A stretch of DNA of 64,000 nucleotides from assembly GCF_001194135.2 (NCBI RefSeq), contig NC_068991.1:25185328-25249327 (forward strand). The letters are read 5' to 3'. Under the pieces are notes generated by a model. It searched no databases and had not been told where the DNA came from. It saw only the letters and a list, made by a program, of their open reading frames with translations. Position numbers and translations under genes: made by a program. This stretch comes from Octopus bimaculoides (taxonomy: Eukaryota). Shown in pieces: positions 48,629 to 62,830 of this stretch (positions are counted from its first letter, which is position 1; each line of letters begins with the position of its first letter).

Positions 48629-49536
48629 CATATATACACATATATACATGCCGCTATTATGATTTTCTCTCACAGTTGCTGAAATGATGAAGTGCACGAT
48701 TTCCACTCCGTTTAGGTACAAAATTTTCAAGGGATTTTATCAGCAATGCCATTCGTATATGAACCAAAGTAAATAACCTATCCTCAGTAAATTCTTCAGA
48801 CTTTTCGCATTCCTTGCCATAAGACAAGAAAATAAATCACGTTTATTATACGTGTGATTGGCAGTAACTTATGACGCTTCAGGCTCACCAGTAATTTAAT
48901 AGAATATAATGTTGAGCAAATCTTGAACAATGAAATATAAAAGTTTTTATTGTCTTAACTTAATAAAATATAAAAACAATTTATATGAAGCTTTATGTAC
49001 TATTAAAGTCTATCTTAAGTATATGGAGTTTCTATTACGTCCACGTCTTTTAAACATTATATTTTCAGGTAATTACTTCTAAAATAATTATTTTTGACTG
49101 CACAGAAGCATTAGTAAAATTTAATATAATTCATAATCACCATTTAAACAAAATCATAAATCATATTTTTCGAGAACCTCACAGTCGTTTCGAGTAGAAG
49201 CTGGAATCGTCCTTCCACATGTAGATAGATAATGCCATCAACGAAGATTTAAAAAAGTAATAGAGAAAAGAAAAAAAAACTTTTTTCTTAGCCATGAAGC
49301 GTTGTCATAACCATTATCTGCGACCAAAATAGCATTGAAAGAAATTGCAATAAACAAGTTTTCTCCTGTGATGGATAGCTTCGGATTTACAGTCTTGCAT
49401 ATTATAAAGAGTTTAAACCAATCAATCAGTTTATCCATCAGTCAGTCCCTCTGTCTTCCTGCCTACCTATCTACCTCTTTTTCTGTGCTTAGGAAAAAGA
49501 ATATAACTTGAATTTTTTATGTCATTTCCATTACAG

Positions 49537-49568
<32 letters not shown>

Positions 49569-49992
49569 NNNNNNNNNNNNNNNNNNNNNNNNNNNNNNNN
49601 NNNNNNNNNNNNNNNNNNNNNNNNNNNNNNNNNNNNNNNNNNNNNNNNNNNNNNNNNNNNNNNNNNNNNNNNNNNNNNNNNNNNNNNNNNNNNNNNNNNN
49701 NNNNNNNNNNNNNNNNNNNNNNNNNNNNNNNNNNNNNNNNNNNNNNNNNNNNNNNNNNNNNNNNNNNNNNNNNNNNNNNNNNNNNNNNNNNNNNNNNNNN
49801 NNNNNNNNNNNNNNNNNNNNNNNNNNNNNNNNNNNNNNNNNNNNNNNNNNNNNNNNNNNNNNNNNNNNNNNNNNNNNNNNNNNNNNNNNNNNNNNNNNNN
49901 NNNNNNNNNNNNNNNNNNNNNNNNNNNNNNNNNNNNNNNNNNNNNNNNNNNNNNNNNNNNNNNNNNNNNNNNNNNNNNNNNNNNNNNNNNNN

Positions 49993-50025
<33 letters not shown>

Positions 50026-50409
50026 TTGTGTGTGTGTGTGTGTGGACTAAGAAGATATATTTTAATAGTTCCTTGTGTTTGAATGAGTGGATATGAACAA
50101 GTATTTGTGAATCAAAATGAAGAATGAATTAGGTCGTGGTGAGTGGTTATGACGTTAAGGTTGCGTAGCGTATTTATAATTAATTAAATTAAATGAAGAT
50201 AACTGTCGGATGATGCAACAGTTATGGACAAGTGGCGATGTGACGTTATTAGATGTTAATACAATGGTAATATGTTAGCAGATCTCTAGAGTGTCAGATG
50301 GAATTCTTTCATTATTTTTGCCCTGACTCTGTACTTTCTGAGTTCAAATCCAGCCGAAGAATCAACTTTGCCTTCCATTTTTCTGTAGTGAGAATTTTTT
50401 GCAAACGTC

Positions 50410-50760
50410 TGAATAGGAAAGCGTCTATGTTCTGTCTTTTCAGTCTTGTTCACCGTGTATTCTGATCCGATTGAGTACTATCCTCTCTGTGTCGTTTCTA
50501 TCACTACTATGGTACCCCTATCCGTCGGGGATGGCTTGTCTCTCACCCCAAATTACTGAAGCAACCTCGTTCCAATGCTGTTTCCACTCTTCGCCACTCT
50601 TACTGCACCAAACTCCCGCTTCTCATGAACGACTGTCTCCACATCCTCATACTCTGAGCATCACCAATGTGGAATGCTTTCTCTGCCCATACCTTTCCTG
50701 CAACTCAACACCTATAGGAAAGACCTGCACTCTATTTTAAACAGCACATTACCGTTCTCA
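50410..50760 (+). mobile_element. Decayed CR1/L2-group LINE 3' ORF2 fragment
   Basis: SSLCRFYHYY...RHSY...ASPMWNAFSAHTFP resembles the SLxxFYRY..HP..RTSxLWNSLPxxVFP C-terminus. Confidence 0.5.
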
Positions 50761-52083
50761 CTGGTCTCGGAGAGCCTAAAAATATCATGGGCTCTATAAA
50801 CTCAGCGAGCAGAAACAAAATAATTGCCATGAAACAAATAAGAACTGCCTACCCTTCCCTAACAAAAATAAAAATAAAAAAATGGGGGCAGGGCAGTTCC
50901 TCACGTTGGATTTGATAGAATTCTTGAAGTCGCAAACGTGTTCATGCAGAATGGTAATAGTTCTCTGCGCGTATCGCGGACAAGTTAACAAACAAAGTTA
51001 ATGCACCTGCTGTGTTTAACACGAACCGACAATGACTCTCTTTCAGTAGCATTTCAGTATCATGAACAATTTCTGCAAGTCGTCAATAATAATAGCTACG
51101 GTAATTTGGCGGCAACAAGACAGTCGACCCAGTACATGAGTGGTACTTTATTTTATCCACTCTAGTAGAATGAAAGGCAAAGTTGACTTTGTTAGAACTC
51201 ATAGCGCAAAAAACCAGAACAAATGATCTAAGATATATTGTTAGACGGCATAAACACTCTGCCAAGTGTTAAAACTATAAAGATAATTTGTTTATACTGA
51301 ACGTCGTTTAATTTATCCCTTTCTCAGTTTTAATGTTAGAACAAAGACCGAGAGTGTTTGGAATTTTGACATTTTCCAGAACAAAGTAGAATAAAAACTG
51401 GATGTCTACCTAACTGAACGCTTCCAAGACTAAAAGTAGACGAAAACAGATTGAGGAAAAGATATATTTGCGCCATAGCACAAAATAGACAAAACGCTGT
51501 CTTCGACTATAAGAGTTTCTGTATAGAGAATATATACATATTTACTCTTTTACTATTTTACTGGTATTGTTCAAATGAATTAGTTATAACAGCAAATAAA
51601 GCAATAGCGGACAAAAAATGCACCAACCAAAAAGGAAGAAATACGATATCACTTTGTTGGTTTTGGATATTTTGTCTGTTGAACAAAAATACGCAAGAAA
51701 TGAACAAAACAAAATATAAAGGGGTTAACGAACCCAGAGAAAGAAAAGAAATCAGTGTAGAAGGAGGAAATATAAAATGAAAATCAGAATTAGAAAATTT
51801 AAAAGTACTTTTATTGAATATATTAAGCAGTTGAGTAAAAAAAACAGTTCAGCGCCGGAAAAATGTTTAATATACAATGGATTTAAAAGACGTTCTTTAC
51901 AGTTTCAGTTCAAAAGTTTGCGACACATTGGATAGTATTCAGTGCCATGTATTACGGGCGCTTAAATACATCGAAACACGTTATGACTAACACAATAATA
52001 TATTTGTTAACATATTCGTATGGACAGAGACATGGTAGGTGGGAAGGAAAGTGATGGAAAGAGAATGAGATGATTGTGAACGT

Positions 52084-52125
<42 letters not shown>

Positions 52126-52174
52126 TATTTATTTATGTGCTCATGTATACATGCATACGTATATATAAACGCTA

Positions 52175-52557
52175 GTGGATGCGCAATGGCCCAGTGGTTA
52201 GGGCAGCGGACTCGTGGTCATATGATCGTGGTTTCGATTCCTAGACCGGGCGTTGTGAGTGTTTATTGAGCGAAAACACCTAAAGCTCCACGAGGCTCCG
52301 GCAGGGGATGGTGGCGAACCCTGCTGTACTCTTTCACCACAACTTTCTCTCACTCTTACTTCCTGTTTCTGTTGTACCTGTAATTCAAAGGGTCAGCCTT
52401 GTTAAACTGTGCCACATTGAATATCCCCGAGAGTTACATTAAGAGTACACGTGTCTGTGGAGTGCTCAGCCACTTGCACGTTAATTTCACGAGCAGGCTG
52501 TTCCGTTGATCGGATTAACTGGAACCCTCGACGTCGTAAGCGACGGAGTGCCAACAA
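52175..52557 (+). mobile_element. SINE family A
   Basis: Full-length match to 26336-26726; flanking ATATAAAC repeat. Confidence 0.9.
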
Positions 52558-52568
52558 TATAAACTCAC

Positions 52569-52599
<31 letters not shown>

Positions 52600-53620
52600 C
52601 ATGCNNNNNNNNNNNNNNNNNNNNNNNNNNNNNNNNNNNNNNNNNNNNNNNNNNNNNNNNNNNNNNNNNNNNNNNNNNNNNNNNNNNNNNNNNNNNNNNN
52701 NNNNNNNNNNNNNNNNNNNNNNNNNNNNNNNNNNNNNNNNNNNNNNNNNNNNNNNNNNNNNNNNNNNNNNNNNNNNNNNNNNNNNNNNNNNNNNNNNNNN
52801 NNNNNNNNNNNNNNNNNNNNNNNNNNNNNNNNNNNNNNNNNNNNNNNNNNNNNNNNNNNNNNNNNNNNNNNNNNNNNNNNNNNNNNNNNNNNNNNNNNNN
52901 NNNNNNNNNNNNNNNNNNNNNNNNNNNNNNNNNNNNNNNNNNNNNNNNNNNNNNNNNNNNNNNNNNNNNNNNNNNNNNNNNNNNNNNNNNNNNNNNNNNN
53001 NNNNNNNNNNNNNNNNNNNNNNNNNNNNNNNNNNNNNNNNNNNNNNNNNNNNNNNNNNNNNNNNNNNNNNNNNNNNNNNNNNNNNNNNNNNNNNNNNNNN
53101 NNNNNNNNNNNNNNNNNNNNNNNNNNNNNNNNNNNNNNNNNNNNNNNNNNNNNNNNNNNNNNNNNNNNNNNNNNNNNNNNNNNNNNNNNNNNNNNNNNNN
53201 NNNNNNNNNNNNNNNNNNNNNNNNNNNNNNNNNNNNNNNNNNNNNNNNNNNNNNNNNNNNNNNNNNNNNNNNNNNNNNNNNNNNNNNNNNNNNNNNNNNN
53301 NNNNNNNNNNNNNNNNNNNNNNNNNNNNNNNNNNNNNNNNNNNNNNNNNNNNNNNNNNNNNNNNNNNNNNNNNNNNNNNNNNNNNNNNNNNNNNNNNNNN
53401 NNNNNNNNNNNNNNNNNNNNNNNNNNNNNNNNNNNNNNNNNNNNNNNNNNNNNNNNNNNNNNNNNNNNNNNNNNNNNNNNNNNNNNNNNNNNNNNNNNNN
53501 NNNNNNNNNNNNNNNNNNNNNNNNNNNNNNNNNNNNNNNNNNNNNNNNNNNNNNNNNNNNATATATATATAATTGTAATATGCACTATGTTTAAGTGTAG
53601 GAGTAGCTTTCTCTTTTTCA

Positions 53621-53700
<80 letters not shown>

Positions 53701-54344
53701 TTTGCCCACTCATTTTTCTTTTGATGGTTATTCCTTATTCTCAACAATCCAGTTATAGACTTACTTTCTCGTTTACAAGTTTAAAGCATTTCGTTCGACG
53801 GAATAATGACCGAAGTGTATTATTGTTACACTTTGTTTCACGTCTTTCATGGATACAGAAAATTTATGGTTCGATTTCCGCGGGCAATTTTTTCTATCTA
53901 AGTGGATTTTAACCGATCATATTACACGTTATAATTTATAGCAGCTGCATTGTCTAGAAAATGTACCATTAAATGTTTTATTTACGTACTTCTCAATGCT
54001 TCTACGTTTATAATCAAAATGTAAACACCAATATTTCATTACTTTTATGACATTTGGTTACTTTATTCGGATAGGTTTACACATACATACACAGATACAC
54101 GAACGCGCGCGCACACATACACTGACACAAACATACACACACACACATACATACGTTTGTAGTTTACTATTCCGTTAAGATAAGATTAACAAAAAAATTC
54201 CTCCGTCCAGTGAGAGATAAATATAATTTAAAGTACACTGTATTAAAATAAGAGCCGCTCCTATGAGACACGTGGTCACTGAGACACGTGGTTAGGAAGA
54301 TTTTTATAACATGCCTTGTGTGTTAAAGGTAAGAAACTATTACT

Positions 54345-54889
54345 AGGCGTAGGAGTGACTGTGTGGTAAGTAGCTTGCTTACCAACCACATGGTTCCGGG
54401 TTCATTCCCACTGCGTGGCACCTTGGGCAAGTGTCTTCTGCTGTAGTCTCGGGTCGACCAAAGCCTTGTGAGTGGATTTGGTAGACGGAAACTGAAAGAA
54501 GCCTGTCGTATATATATATATATATNNNNNNNNNNNNNNNNNNNNNNNNNNNNNNNNNNNNNNNNNNNNNNNNNNNNNNNNNNNNNNNNNNNNNNNNNNN
54601 NNNNNNNNNNNNNNNNNNNNNNNNNNNNNNNNNNNNNNNNNNNNNNNNNNNNNNNNNNNNNNNNNNNNNNNNNNNNNNNNNNNNNNNNNNNNNNNNNNNN
54701 NNNNNNNNNNNNNNNNNNNNNNNNNNNNNNNNNNNNNNNNNNNNNNNNNNNNNNNNNNNNNNNNNNNNNNNNNNNNNNNNNNNNNNNNNNNNNNNNNNNN
54801 NNNNNNNNNNNNNNNNNNNNNNNNNNNNNNNNNNNNNNNNNNNNNNNNNNNNNNNNNNNNNNNNNNNNNNNNNNNNNNNNNNNNNNNNN

Positions 54890-54923
<34 letters not shown>

Positions 54924-55349
54924 ATAAGAGTGAAAAAACTACAGAAGGCTTGTGTTACATGGTCAAAGTATATATTTAAATTATGTCAGAAAAATGTTAG
55001 AAAAATGTTATAAGATCTTTTTGGTATATAAACATTGTATTTAGAGAAATAACCGGTTTCGTGTTGTCTTTTCAAATTTCTCTACTGCATTGTGTCGTGT
55101 TCGTGTGTGTGTATGTGTGTGTATGTGTGTGTATATGTTTTTGTGTCCATGTTTGTCCACCCCCAACATCGCTTGACAACCGATGGTGGTGTGTTTATGT
55201 CCCCATAACTTAGCAGTTCGTCAAAAGAGATCAATAGAATAAGTACTAGGCTTCCAAAGAATAAGTCTTGGGGTCGATTTGCTTGACTAAAAGCGGTGCT
55301 CCAGCATGGCCGCAGTCAAATGACTGAAACAAGTAAAAGAGTAAAAGAG
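54345..55349 (+). mobile_element. SINE family B, head and tail separated by microsatellite, N-gap and ~170 bp of other sequence
   Basis: Head at 54345-54510, tail at about 55140-55349 ending (GTAAAAGA)2. Confidence 0.8.
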
Positions 55350-55392
55350 GTCTTTGTTCTAATACAGTGTAATAAAATGTACTTTAATGGTA

Positions 55393-56267
55393 TAGATGTC
55401 TGATTAATAAGTATCCAGACTGTTGCCATAGTAATGAAGCTAAAGCAGGCAGAGTAAAGCCGCTGAGTACAGATTGATCTTGACCCCTGCTGTGCATGCG
55501 CACTAAGTTTTAACATTCACTTCCGCTGTCTACAGTAGTGCTTGGAAGGAAAGTGTGTAGCGTGTGATCGTCACATTGACCATGACAGAAAAAGTTGTCA
55601 TGGCGTCCCCTGCTTAGAAGCCGACATAAAGTTGCAGAAAGTGTATGAAGAGGAATGTAAGAGCCGGACACAAGTGTACGAATGGTTCAGACGTTTCCGA
55701 GATGGCAGAAAAATGTCCTGTTGACGAACGTTCTGGGAGACTCACAATCAACAGAACCAAGAAAAACATTGTAGATGTGCCTGCGGCTGTGAGGGGAAAT
55801 CGTCGAATCACCGTCCGTGAGTTATCAGAGGATGTGTGGATGAGTTACAGTTCAGTTCAGTCCATTATCACTGAAGATTTGGGTATGAGACGCGTGTCTG
55901 TCAAGTTTGTGTCAAAACTGCTTTCAGCTGACCAAAAAGACCCTCGGGTTTCAATTGCACAAGATCTTCTTGATTGAATCACGAACGATGAAAATTTGCA
56001 TAGGCCTCTGAACAGGTATCGTCAAGCTTTTGGTAAAATCTGTTGCAGATTCTCTGCTCAACTTTCTCTGTCAAGTTTAATGTGACGATCACACGCTACA
56101 CACCTTCCTTCCAAGAACTGCAGTAAACACGAGAAATGAGGTACAACGTTATAACTTAGAGAACATGCACAATAGAGTTCAAGGTCAATCTATATCAAGC
56201 GGCTTTACTCTGTCTGCTTTAGCTTCGTTACTATGGCAACAGTCCAGATACTATTGATCTGACGACG
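55393..56267. mobile_element. mariner-derived element made of two inverted 5' ends
   Basis: Arms 55393-55600 and 56045-56267 are inverted, with TA at both ends. The plus strand encodes SRTQVYEWFRRFRDG...NRRITVRELSED...LGMRRVSVKFV; the minus strand encodes TEKVEQRICNRFYQKL. Confidence 0.85.
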
Positions 56268-56274
56268 TACGTTT

Positions 56275-56306
<32 letters not shown>

Positions 56307-56798
56307 NNNNNNNNNNNNNNNNNNNNNNNNNNNNNNNNNNNNNNNNNNNNNNNNNNNNNNNNNNNNNNNNNNNNNNNNNNNNNNNNNNNNNNNNNNNNNN
56401 NNNNNNNNNNNNNNNNNNNNNNNNNNNNNNNNNNNNNNNNNNNNNNNNNNNNNNNNNNNNNNNNNNNNNNNNNNNNNNNNNNNNNNNNNNNNNNNNNNNN
56501 NNNNNNNNNNNNNNNNNNNNNNNNNNNNNNNNNNNNNNNNNNNNNNNNNNNNNNNNNNNNNNNNNNNNNNNNNNNNNNNNNNNNNNNNNNNNNNNNNNNN
56601 NNNNNNNNNNNNNNNNNNNNNNNNNNNNNNNNNNNNNNNNNNNNNNNNNNNNNNNNNNNNNNNNNNNNNNNNNNNNNNNNNNNNNNNNNNNNNNNNNNNN
56701 NNNNNNNNNNNNNNNGCATTATATATACATATATACACATAAACACACACATATACGTAAACTAAAACAACCGCGACTAGTACTCTCACTAAATCTCA

Positions 56799-56837
<39 letters not shown>

Positions 56838-57181
56838 GATGTATGTTGACGTTAAATGTTTTGGCGAAAGGTTTAGTGAAGTTCTATGTCATTTATTATA
56901 ACGAAATTAATCAAAACTTAATGAATGCAATTAGATAATTAATCACATCTCTCTATCTCTTTTTCCCTTTCTCTTTCCAGTTTCTTGTCTCTCGATCTAT
57001 CTATTTCTTTCTCTCCCTTACTGTTTTTCCCATTATTACTCTTGCGTGCATGCATATACATACACGTATGTGCATATCTATATGTACACACATATGCACA
57101 TTATAATCACATATATTAGGCGTATGTGAGCATATAAACCTACCTACCTACCTACCTACCTACCTACCTAGAATAATGCAT

Positions 57182-57381
57182 AAGGCGGCGAGCTGGCAGA
57201 AACGTTAACACGCCGGGCGAAATGCTTAGCGGTATTTCGTCTGCCCTGCCTTTCAGCCTTTTGGGTCGATAAATTAAGTACCAGTGAAACACTGGGGTCG
57301 ATGTAATCGGCTTAATCCCTTTGTCTGTCCTTGTTTGTCCCCTCTATGTTTAGCCCCTTGTGGGCAATACAGAAATAAGAA
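57182..57381 (+). mobile_element. SINE family C (type-1) with internal deletion removing the B box
   Basis: ...TTTCGTCTGCC|CTGCCTTTCAGCC...; the deletion is bounded by TGCC microhomology. Confidence 0.85.
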
Positions 57382-57737
57382 TATGCATAGTAATAGTGGC
57401 ATTATTAATAATAGCATATATGGTAAAAGTAGTTGTAGTGATATTTACCAGAGAGCCAGAGCACCTGAACTACGGCGGATGAGAAGCGCCAAAGAAGGAA
57501 CGAGTAACCATCACGACCTCCATTTGACCAAAGCACACATTTGAACCAAGTGCATCAGAGCTTGTCATTCAATGATTTGGCTTACATAGCTAGCTGCGGG
57601 ATTACCGCTCTTTCTCATACATGATCTTCGGACACGAAAAACTGCCATCACAGCTGTAGTAACAGTATAGCAGATATTTGTAGTCGTAGTAATTCTAGTT
57701 GCGGTAATGGTGGTAGTAATATTTGTAGTGGTGGTTT

Positions 57738-57950
57738 AAGGCAGTGAGCTAGCAGAATCGCTAGCACGCTGGGCAAAATGATTAGGAGCATTTTATCTGT
57801 CCCTACGTTTTGAGTTCAAATGCTACTGAGATGACTTTGTCTTTCATCATTTCGAGATCGATAAAATAAGTACCAGTTGAGCACTGGGGTCGATGTAACC
57901 AACTTACCCCTCCTCCAAAATTGCTGGTCCAGTGCCAAAATTTGAAAACA
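57738..57950 (+). mobile_element. SINE family C (type-2)
   Basis: GAGCTAGCAGAATCG...GAGTTCAAATG...CCAAAATTTGAAAAC. Confidence 0.8.
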
Positions 57951-58055
57951 ATATTTGTGGTGGTGGTGGTGGTGTTAGAAGTAGTAAGAGTAATGCTCAT
58001 GGTAGTGGTTGCTGTTTTAGAATTAGCTGCAGTAATATTAGTTATAATGACAGTA

Positions 58056-58385
58056 GTAATGGCGCAGTGGTTAGTGCGTTGGGCTCACAATCATGAGGTA
58101 GAGAGTTCCATTCCCGGACCGGGCTGTGTGTTGTATACTTGAGCAAGACACTTTATTTCACATTTGCCCTAGTTCTCTCAGCCGTAGAAATGAGTTGCGA
58201 CGCGACTGGTGCCAAGCTGTGTTGACCTTTGCCTTTCCCAAGGATAACAACATTGGTGTGGAGAAGGGAGGCTGGTATGCTACTGGGCTTCCATAAACAA
58301 TCTTTCCCGGACTTGTGCCTCGGAGGGTAACTTTCTAGGTGCAATCTCATGGTCATCAATGACCGAAGAAGGGGGTTCTTACCCT
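58056..58385 (+). mobile_element. SINE family D with tail type D2
   Basis: TGGCGCAGTGG / GAGTTCCATTCC boxes; CTTGAGCAAGACACTTTATTTCAC; distinct 3' half. Confidence 0.8.
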
Positions 58386-59036
58386 AGTAGTAAAAATAAT
58401 TGAATTAGTTGTAATGATGGTTACAGAATGAACTGCGCTGGTAGTAGTAGAGCAAACATAGTGGTTGAATTATGGGGTGGAAGCGCTAAGCAGTGAAGCG
58501 TATAAATACAAGATTATTACCAGTTCAAATATACTTGGGACAGTAAGAAACCCATTGGCTGTGTTTTGTCTTGTAAAAAATTTCTCGCTGTAAACAAACG
58601 GTGTATCGTGTAGTTGTTGCAATGGCAGTAGAAACAGCATTTGTAGTGGTAGTAGAAACTTTGGTTGTTTTATGTATGATAGTAGTGGATCTCCGTCGTT
58701 TGACGATGGGGATTAAGTTGTTCGATCAACTGAACATGTAAATGGTCGAACATTCCATAGACGTGTGTATTCTTCCGTCATTGTCAACCACAAACAGAGT
58801 GACATTGTGTGATAAGGCTGAATCTTTTGTTAGTTACAAGTTTCCGTCTGCCCAGTCTCACTCACTAGGTACGAGCCATCTCGAGGCTCTGGAAAATGCA
58901 ATCTGCTTAAGAGGACACGCTTGGGGATCAAACCTGAGAACTGAGATCTTATAGCTGCAAAAAAAAAATTTATTCACTCGGCCGTACTGCACATGAGTGC
59001 ATATATATATATAATTTAATAAGCACAATACATACA

Positions 59037-59077
<41 letters not shown>

Positions 59078-59150
59078 NNNNNNNNNNNNNNNNNNNNNNN
59101 NNNNNNNNNNNNNNNNNNNNNNNNNNNNNNNNNNNNNNNNNNNNNNNNNN

Positions 59151-59229
<79 letters not shown>

Positions 59230-59549
59230 TACATATATATATATATATATATGTATATTCAATTCAAATAAACGAATAATAAAATTAACAGACAACAAGA
59301 GGACATGCACAAGGAATGTATTAACTCGACGTTCGGTAAAAAGAATTTTCGGCGTTTCGAGCATAGCTCTTCGTCGGAGAGAAGGAGGGAAAGTTCAAAC
59401 AAGGAAAAGAAATTGCCAGCAGCACGTGTGTTGCGCCATGGACTCTCTCGTCGAAGTGTTCAGCTTTTGCCGAGCGACCTACACAAAATGATTTGTTTAC
59501 AGTAATTAAATGTATATGCTTTACATTAGCTCACTCCCTCAATCAAATC

Positions 59550-59725
59550 GGCATTGCCTGAACAGATGCACTGTGAACCACGCGTCAGGTAACGAAGTCA
59601 TCGCAGAGCGACGTGAGATGAAGTGTTTTCCACAAGAACACAACGCACCACCCGGTCTAGGAATCGAAATCACGATCTCGCAATTGTGAGTGCAACATCC
59701 TAACCACTAGGCCATGCGCCCTCAC
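59550..59725 (-). mobile_element. SINE family D with tail type D3
   Basis: CACAAGAACACAACGCACCACCCGGTCTAGGAATCGAAATC...CTAACCACTAGGCCATGCGCC. Confidence 0.75.
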
Positions 59726-61106
59726 ACACAGGCACAAACACACACTCACACATCATATTCAAATAATATTATGTTTGATTACGTAAAGTAATAGGTACAT
59801 ACAATTAGTGCTCAGGTGGACTTGCTGCCTACACTCCGACTTGCACTGCAACAAAGAATGCAAGGATGAAGATTGGTTATAGGCAACATTTCAAATGTGC
59901 TAGTGCATATATAATGGAATAAGGCTACAAACAGGCAAACAACTGTTATCCAATCACATTATGACATTATTTAGACATTGACGCTGCATGAGGGTAGAAA
60001 TTAATAGTACAGGGATAATACTACAGGAGGAGATTTATTTTTGAGAGATCATAAAAGAACTTAATAAATATTGATTTTAAATTGTGGCACAAGGCCTGGA
60101 ATTTCAGAGTAGAGTGAGACGATTACATTGAAATGACGCTAAACTCTGCCAGCTCAATTGTTAACTATTAATAATATTTGATAGATTCTGGTATTATCCC
60201 AGAACAGTTATAATATGATGGAAAATATTACCACTAAAAAGCCAGCTGTTGCGAATTTCACTGTCTGGGTATTTAATCTTGAAACAGCTGTAGGGATATA
60301 CCTACATATCTTTTTTCTTTTTATCCAGATATGGATTCTACTTATGATGACTGCTTTACCTACTAATGTCAATATATGGATTTACCTGATGGCTGTTTTG
60401 GAGAGAATACCAGCATATATCACAAACATTATGAACATTCATCAACTGATTGTTTTTTTTATTGACTTCTTGCGATTTAAACTCCTGCAACATTCATTTC
60501 TAGCCTCAAATTTTTCAATGAATAGACATATAATTCTCACAATTAAACCTGATATCAGCTGTTTGCCTGTTTGTATCTTTATTTTATTTAGCATATATAC
60601 ATACATACATCCAAGCATACATGCATACATACATACATAAATACATAGAAACATACATACATACATACATGCATGCATGCATGCATACATACATACATAC
60701 ATACATAACACATACATACATATACATAAATATATATATATATNNNNNNNNNNNNNNNNNNNNNNNNNNNNNNNNNNNNNNNNNNNNNNNNNNNNNNNNN
60801 NNNNNNNNNNNNNNNNNNNNNNNNNNNNNNNNNNNNNNNNNNNNNNNNNNNNNNNNNNNNNNNNNNNNNNNATAAGTACAATATATATTTTTATGAGCTA
60901 CTATTAGTTTCATGCGATGAAATCATCTCAGACAGCATTTAAAAAAAAAATTTCATCGCATAAAATTAATTGTAGCTCGCAAAAATACATATTGTATTTA
61001 ATAAATAATATTATCTGTCACCAGATGGAGTACTTTTTTCGTTGAACTTACCACCAGAGAACAGTACACTAAATATATATATATGTGTATGTGTGTGTAT
61101 GCGCGC

Positions 61107-61161
<55 letters not shown>

Positions 61162-61434
61162 CACACACATATGTGTACATATATATGCATATATATATGT
61201 GACAATATAGAAAATAAATGGCTTTTAAATGAATTATGTATGTTAATTCGTAATCATGTAAATGTTTCTATTCTTTTGAAATAACAGTAGAGCACATTTA
61301 AATTATGAATTATATGTGAACAGTAAGCTTTTCTGCTTTTTATTCTCTTTTCTATATGTATATAACTATATTTATGTCTGTCTGTGTATCTGTATGTATG
61401 TATGTACGTAGGCGTACATATACATATACATATA

Positions 61435-61567
61435 CAGTAATCCCTCGCCATATTGCGGTTTATTATTTAAGCTTACGTTGATTCATCTGTGGTGTTGCTT
61501 TGCAGTTATAATAATAATAATAATAACAATAATAATAATAATAATAATAATAATATTTATATATATG

Positions 61568-61609
<42 letters not shown>

Positions 61610-61723
61610 AGTTATAAAAACAATTAAAAAATATACAGTACTGTTTCTACTTCGCGGATTTTCACCTATCACGGGGTGGGGGTGGGGTGGAACGTAACAC
61701 CCGCGATAGTCGAGGGATTACTC
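61435..61723. mobile_element. pogo/Tigger-type MITE
   Basis: TA|CAGTAATCCCTCGCCATATTGCGG ... CCGCGATAGTCGAGGGATTACT inverted termini; interior expanded by (AAT)n and (TA)n. Confidence 0.75.
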
Positions 61724-61872
61724 TCTGTATATATTATTTCTGTTAGATACACACACACATACAGACACACACATACACACATATATATGTATATACAACG
61801 AAAGACAGATCGATAACGAGAGAAATAGTAAGACAGACACACAGACACACAGACACGCGCACGCACGCGCGC

Positions 61873-61943
<71 letters not shown>

Positions 61944-62447
61944 TGAGCTACTTATTTCTTTTACCTGAATTCATTCACCAGATTTGCTTAATCCAAGAAT
62001 TGTTTCACAGTGTACTGTGCACTGGAGTCGAACCTAAAACGAACTTCTTAATCATAGGCTCATTCATGTACCCTGTAGTAAATTAATTACATCACTTGAG
62101 AAGATGAGTTCGAACTGTGCCGAATACACCATTGTTTACCTTCCTATGAGCAATGATCGTCTCTGTAAACTTCTAAGGAAAAGGAGAATGTCGTAACCCC
62201 ATTGGAAAGTGTTTCCGTTGATTGTATTTAAAATGGCAGAATTTTGGAGCTAGATGTCTAGGTCATATATAGATGATATCTACAAGCAAACTAGAAGGAG
62301 TGCAGGGCGTGTGAATCTGTATAAGGGTTCGTTTCCTTAGAGAGTACAGCAAATAGGTCAGTAATATATAGACAAAAAAATAAGTATGTTAACAAAACAT
62401 TGAGGTGCAGTAAATTAGATGTATTACAAAACGTAGATGTAGTTTTA

Positions 62448-62830
62448 ATATTGGTTTCAAATTTTGGCACAAGTTGTGGAGGAGGATGCACGTAGTTTAC
62501 ATCGATGCCAGTGCTCAACTGGTACATATTATATCAATCGTGTAAGGATGAAAGGCAAAGTCGACCCGGCAGCGTTTGAACTGAGAACATGAAGTCGGAG
62601 GAAATGCTGCTGAGCTCTTTTTCTAACGCGGTAACAACTCTGGCAGCTCGCAGCTTTAGATGTAGTAGTAATATTAGTTGCGTTAAAGGCAGTGAGTGAG
62701 CAGAATCGTTAGCACACCGGGCAAAATGCTTAGCGGTATTTCGTCCGTCTGAGTTCAATATTGACTTCGCATCTCATCGTTTCAGAGTCGATAAAATAAA
62801 GCCCTAGTCGATGTAATCGACCGATCTGTC
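62448..62830. mobile_element. Two family C SINEs head-to-head (62448-62655 minus, 62686-62830 plus)
   Basis: Both carry the family C head and core, in opposite orientation. Confidence 0.75.

Noticed and set aside
59351-59377. ADAR-edited retrocopy explanation for two A-to-G differences from the hammerhead consensus
   Set aside because: Two transitions are fully compatible with ordinary mutation.
60215-60640. 141-aa hydrophobic ORF, and a faint GIY-YIG-like KRYVGIS on the opposite strand
   Set aside because: AT-rich composition explains the hydrophobicity, the ORF ends in a microsatellite, and the nuclease resemblance is too weak to call.
903-60913. Long ORFs in the track dominated by X or by YI/CV/HT/SL dipeptides
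   Set aside because: Translations of N-gaps and dinucleotide or tetranucleotide microsatellites; no coding signal.
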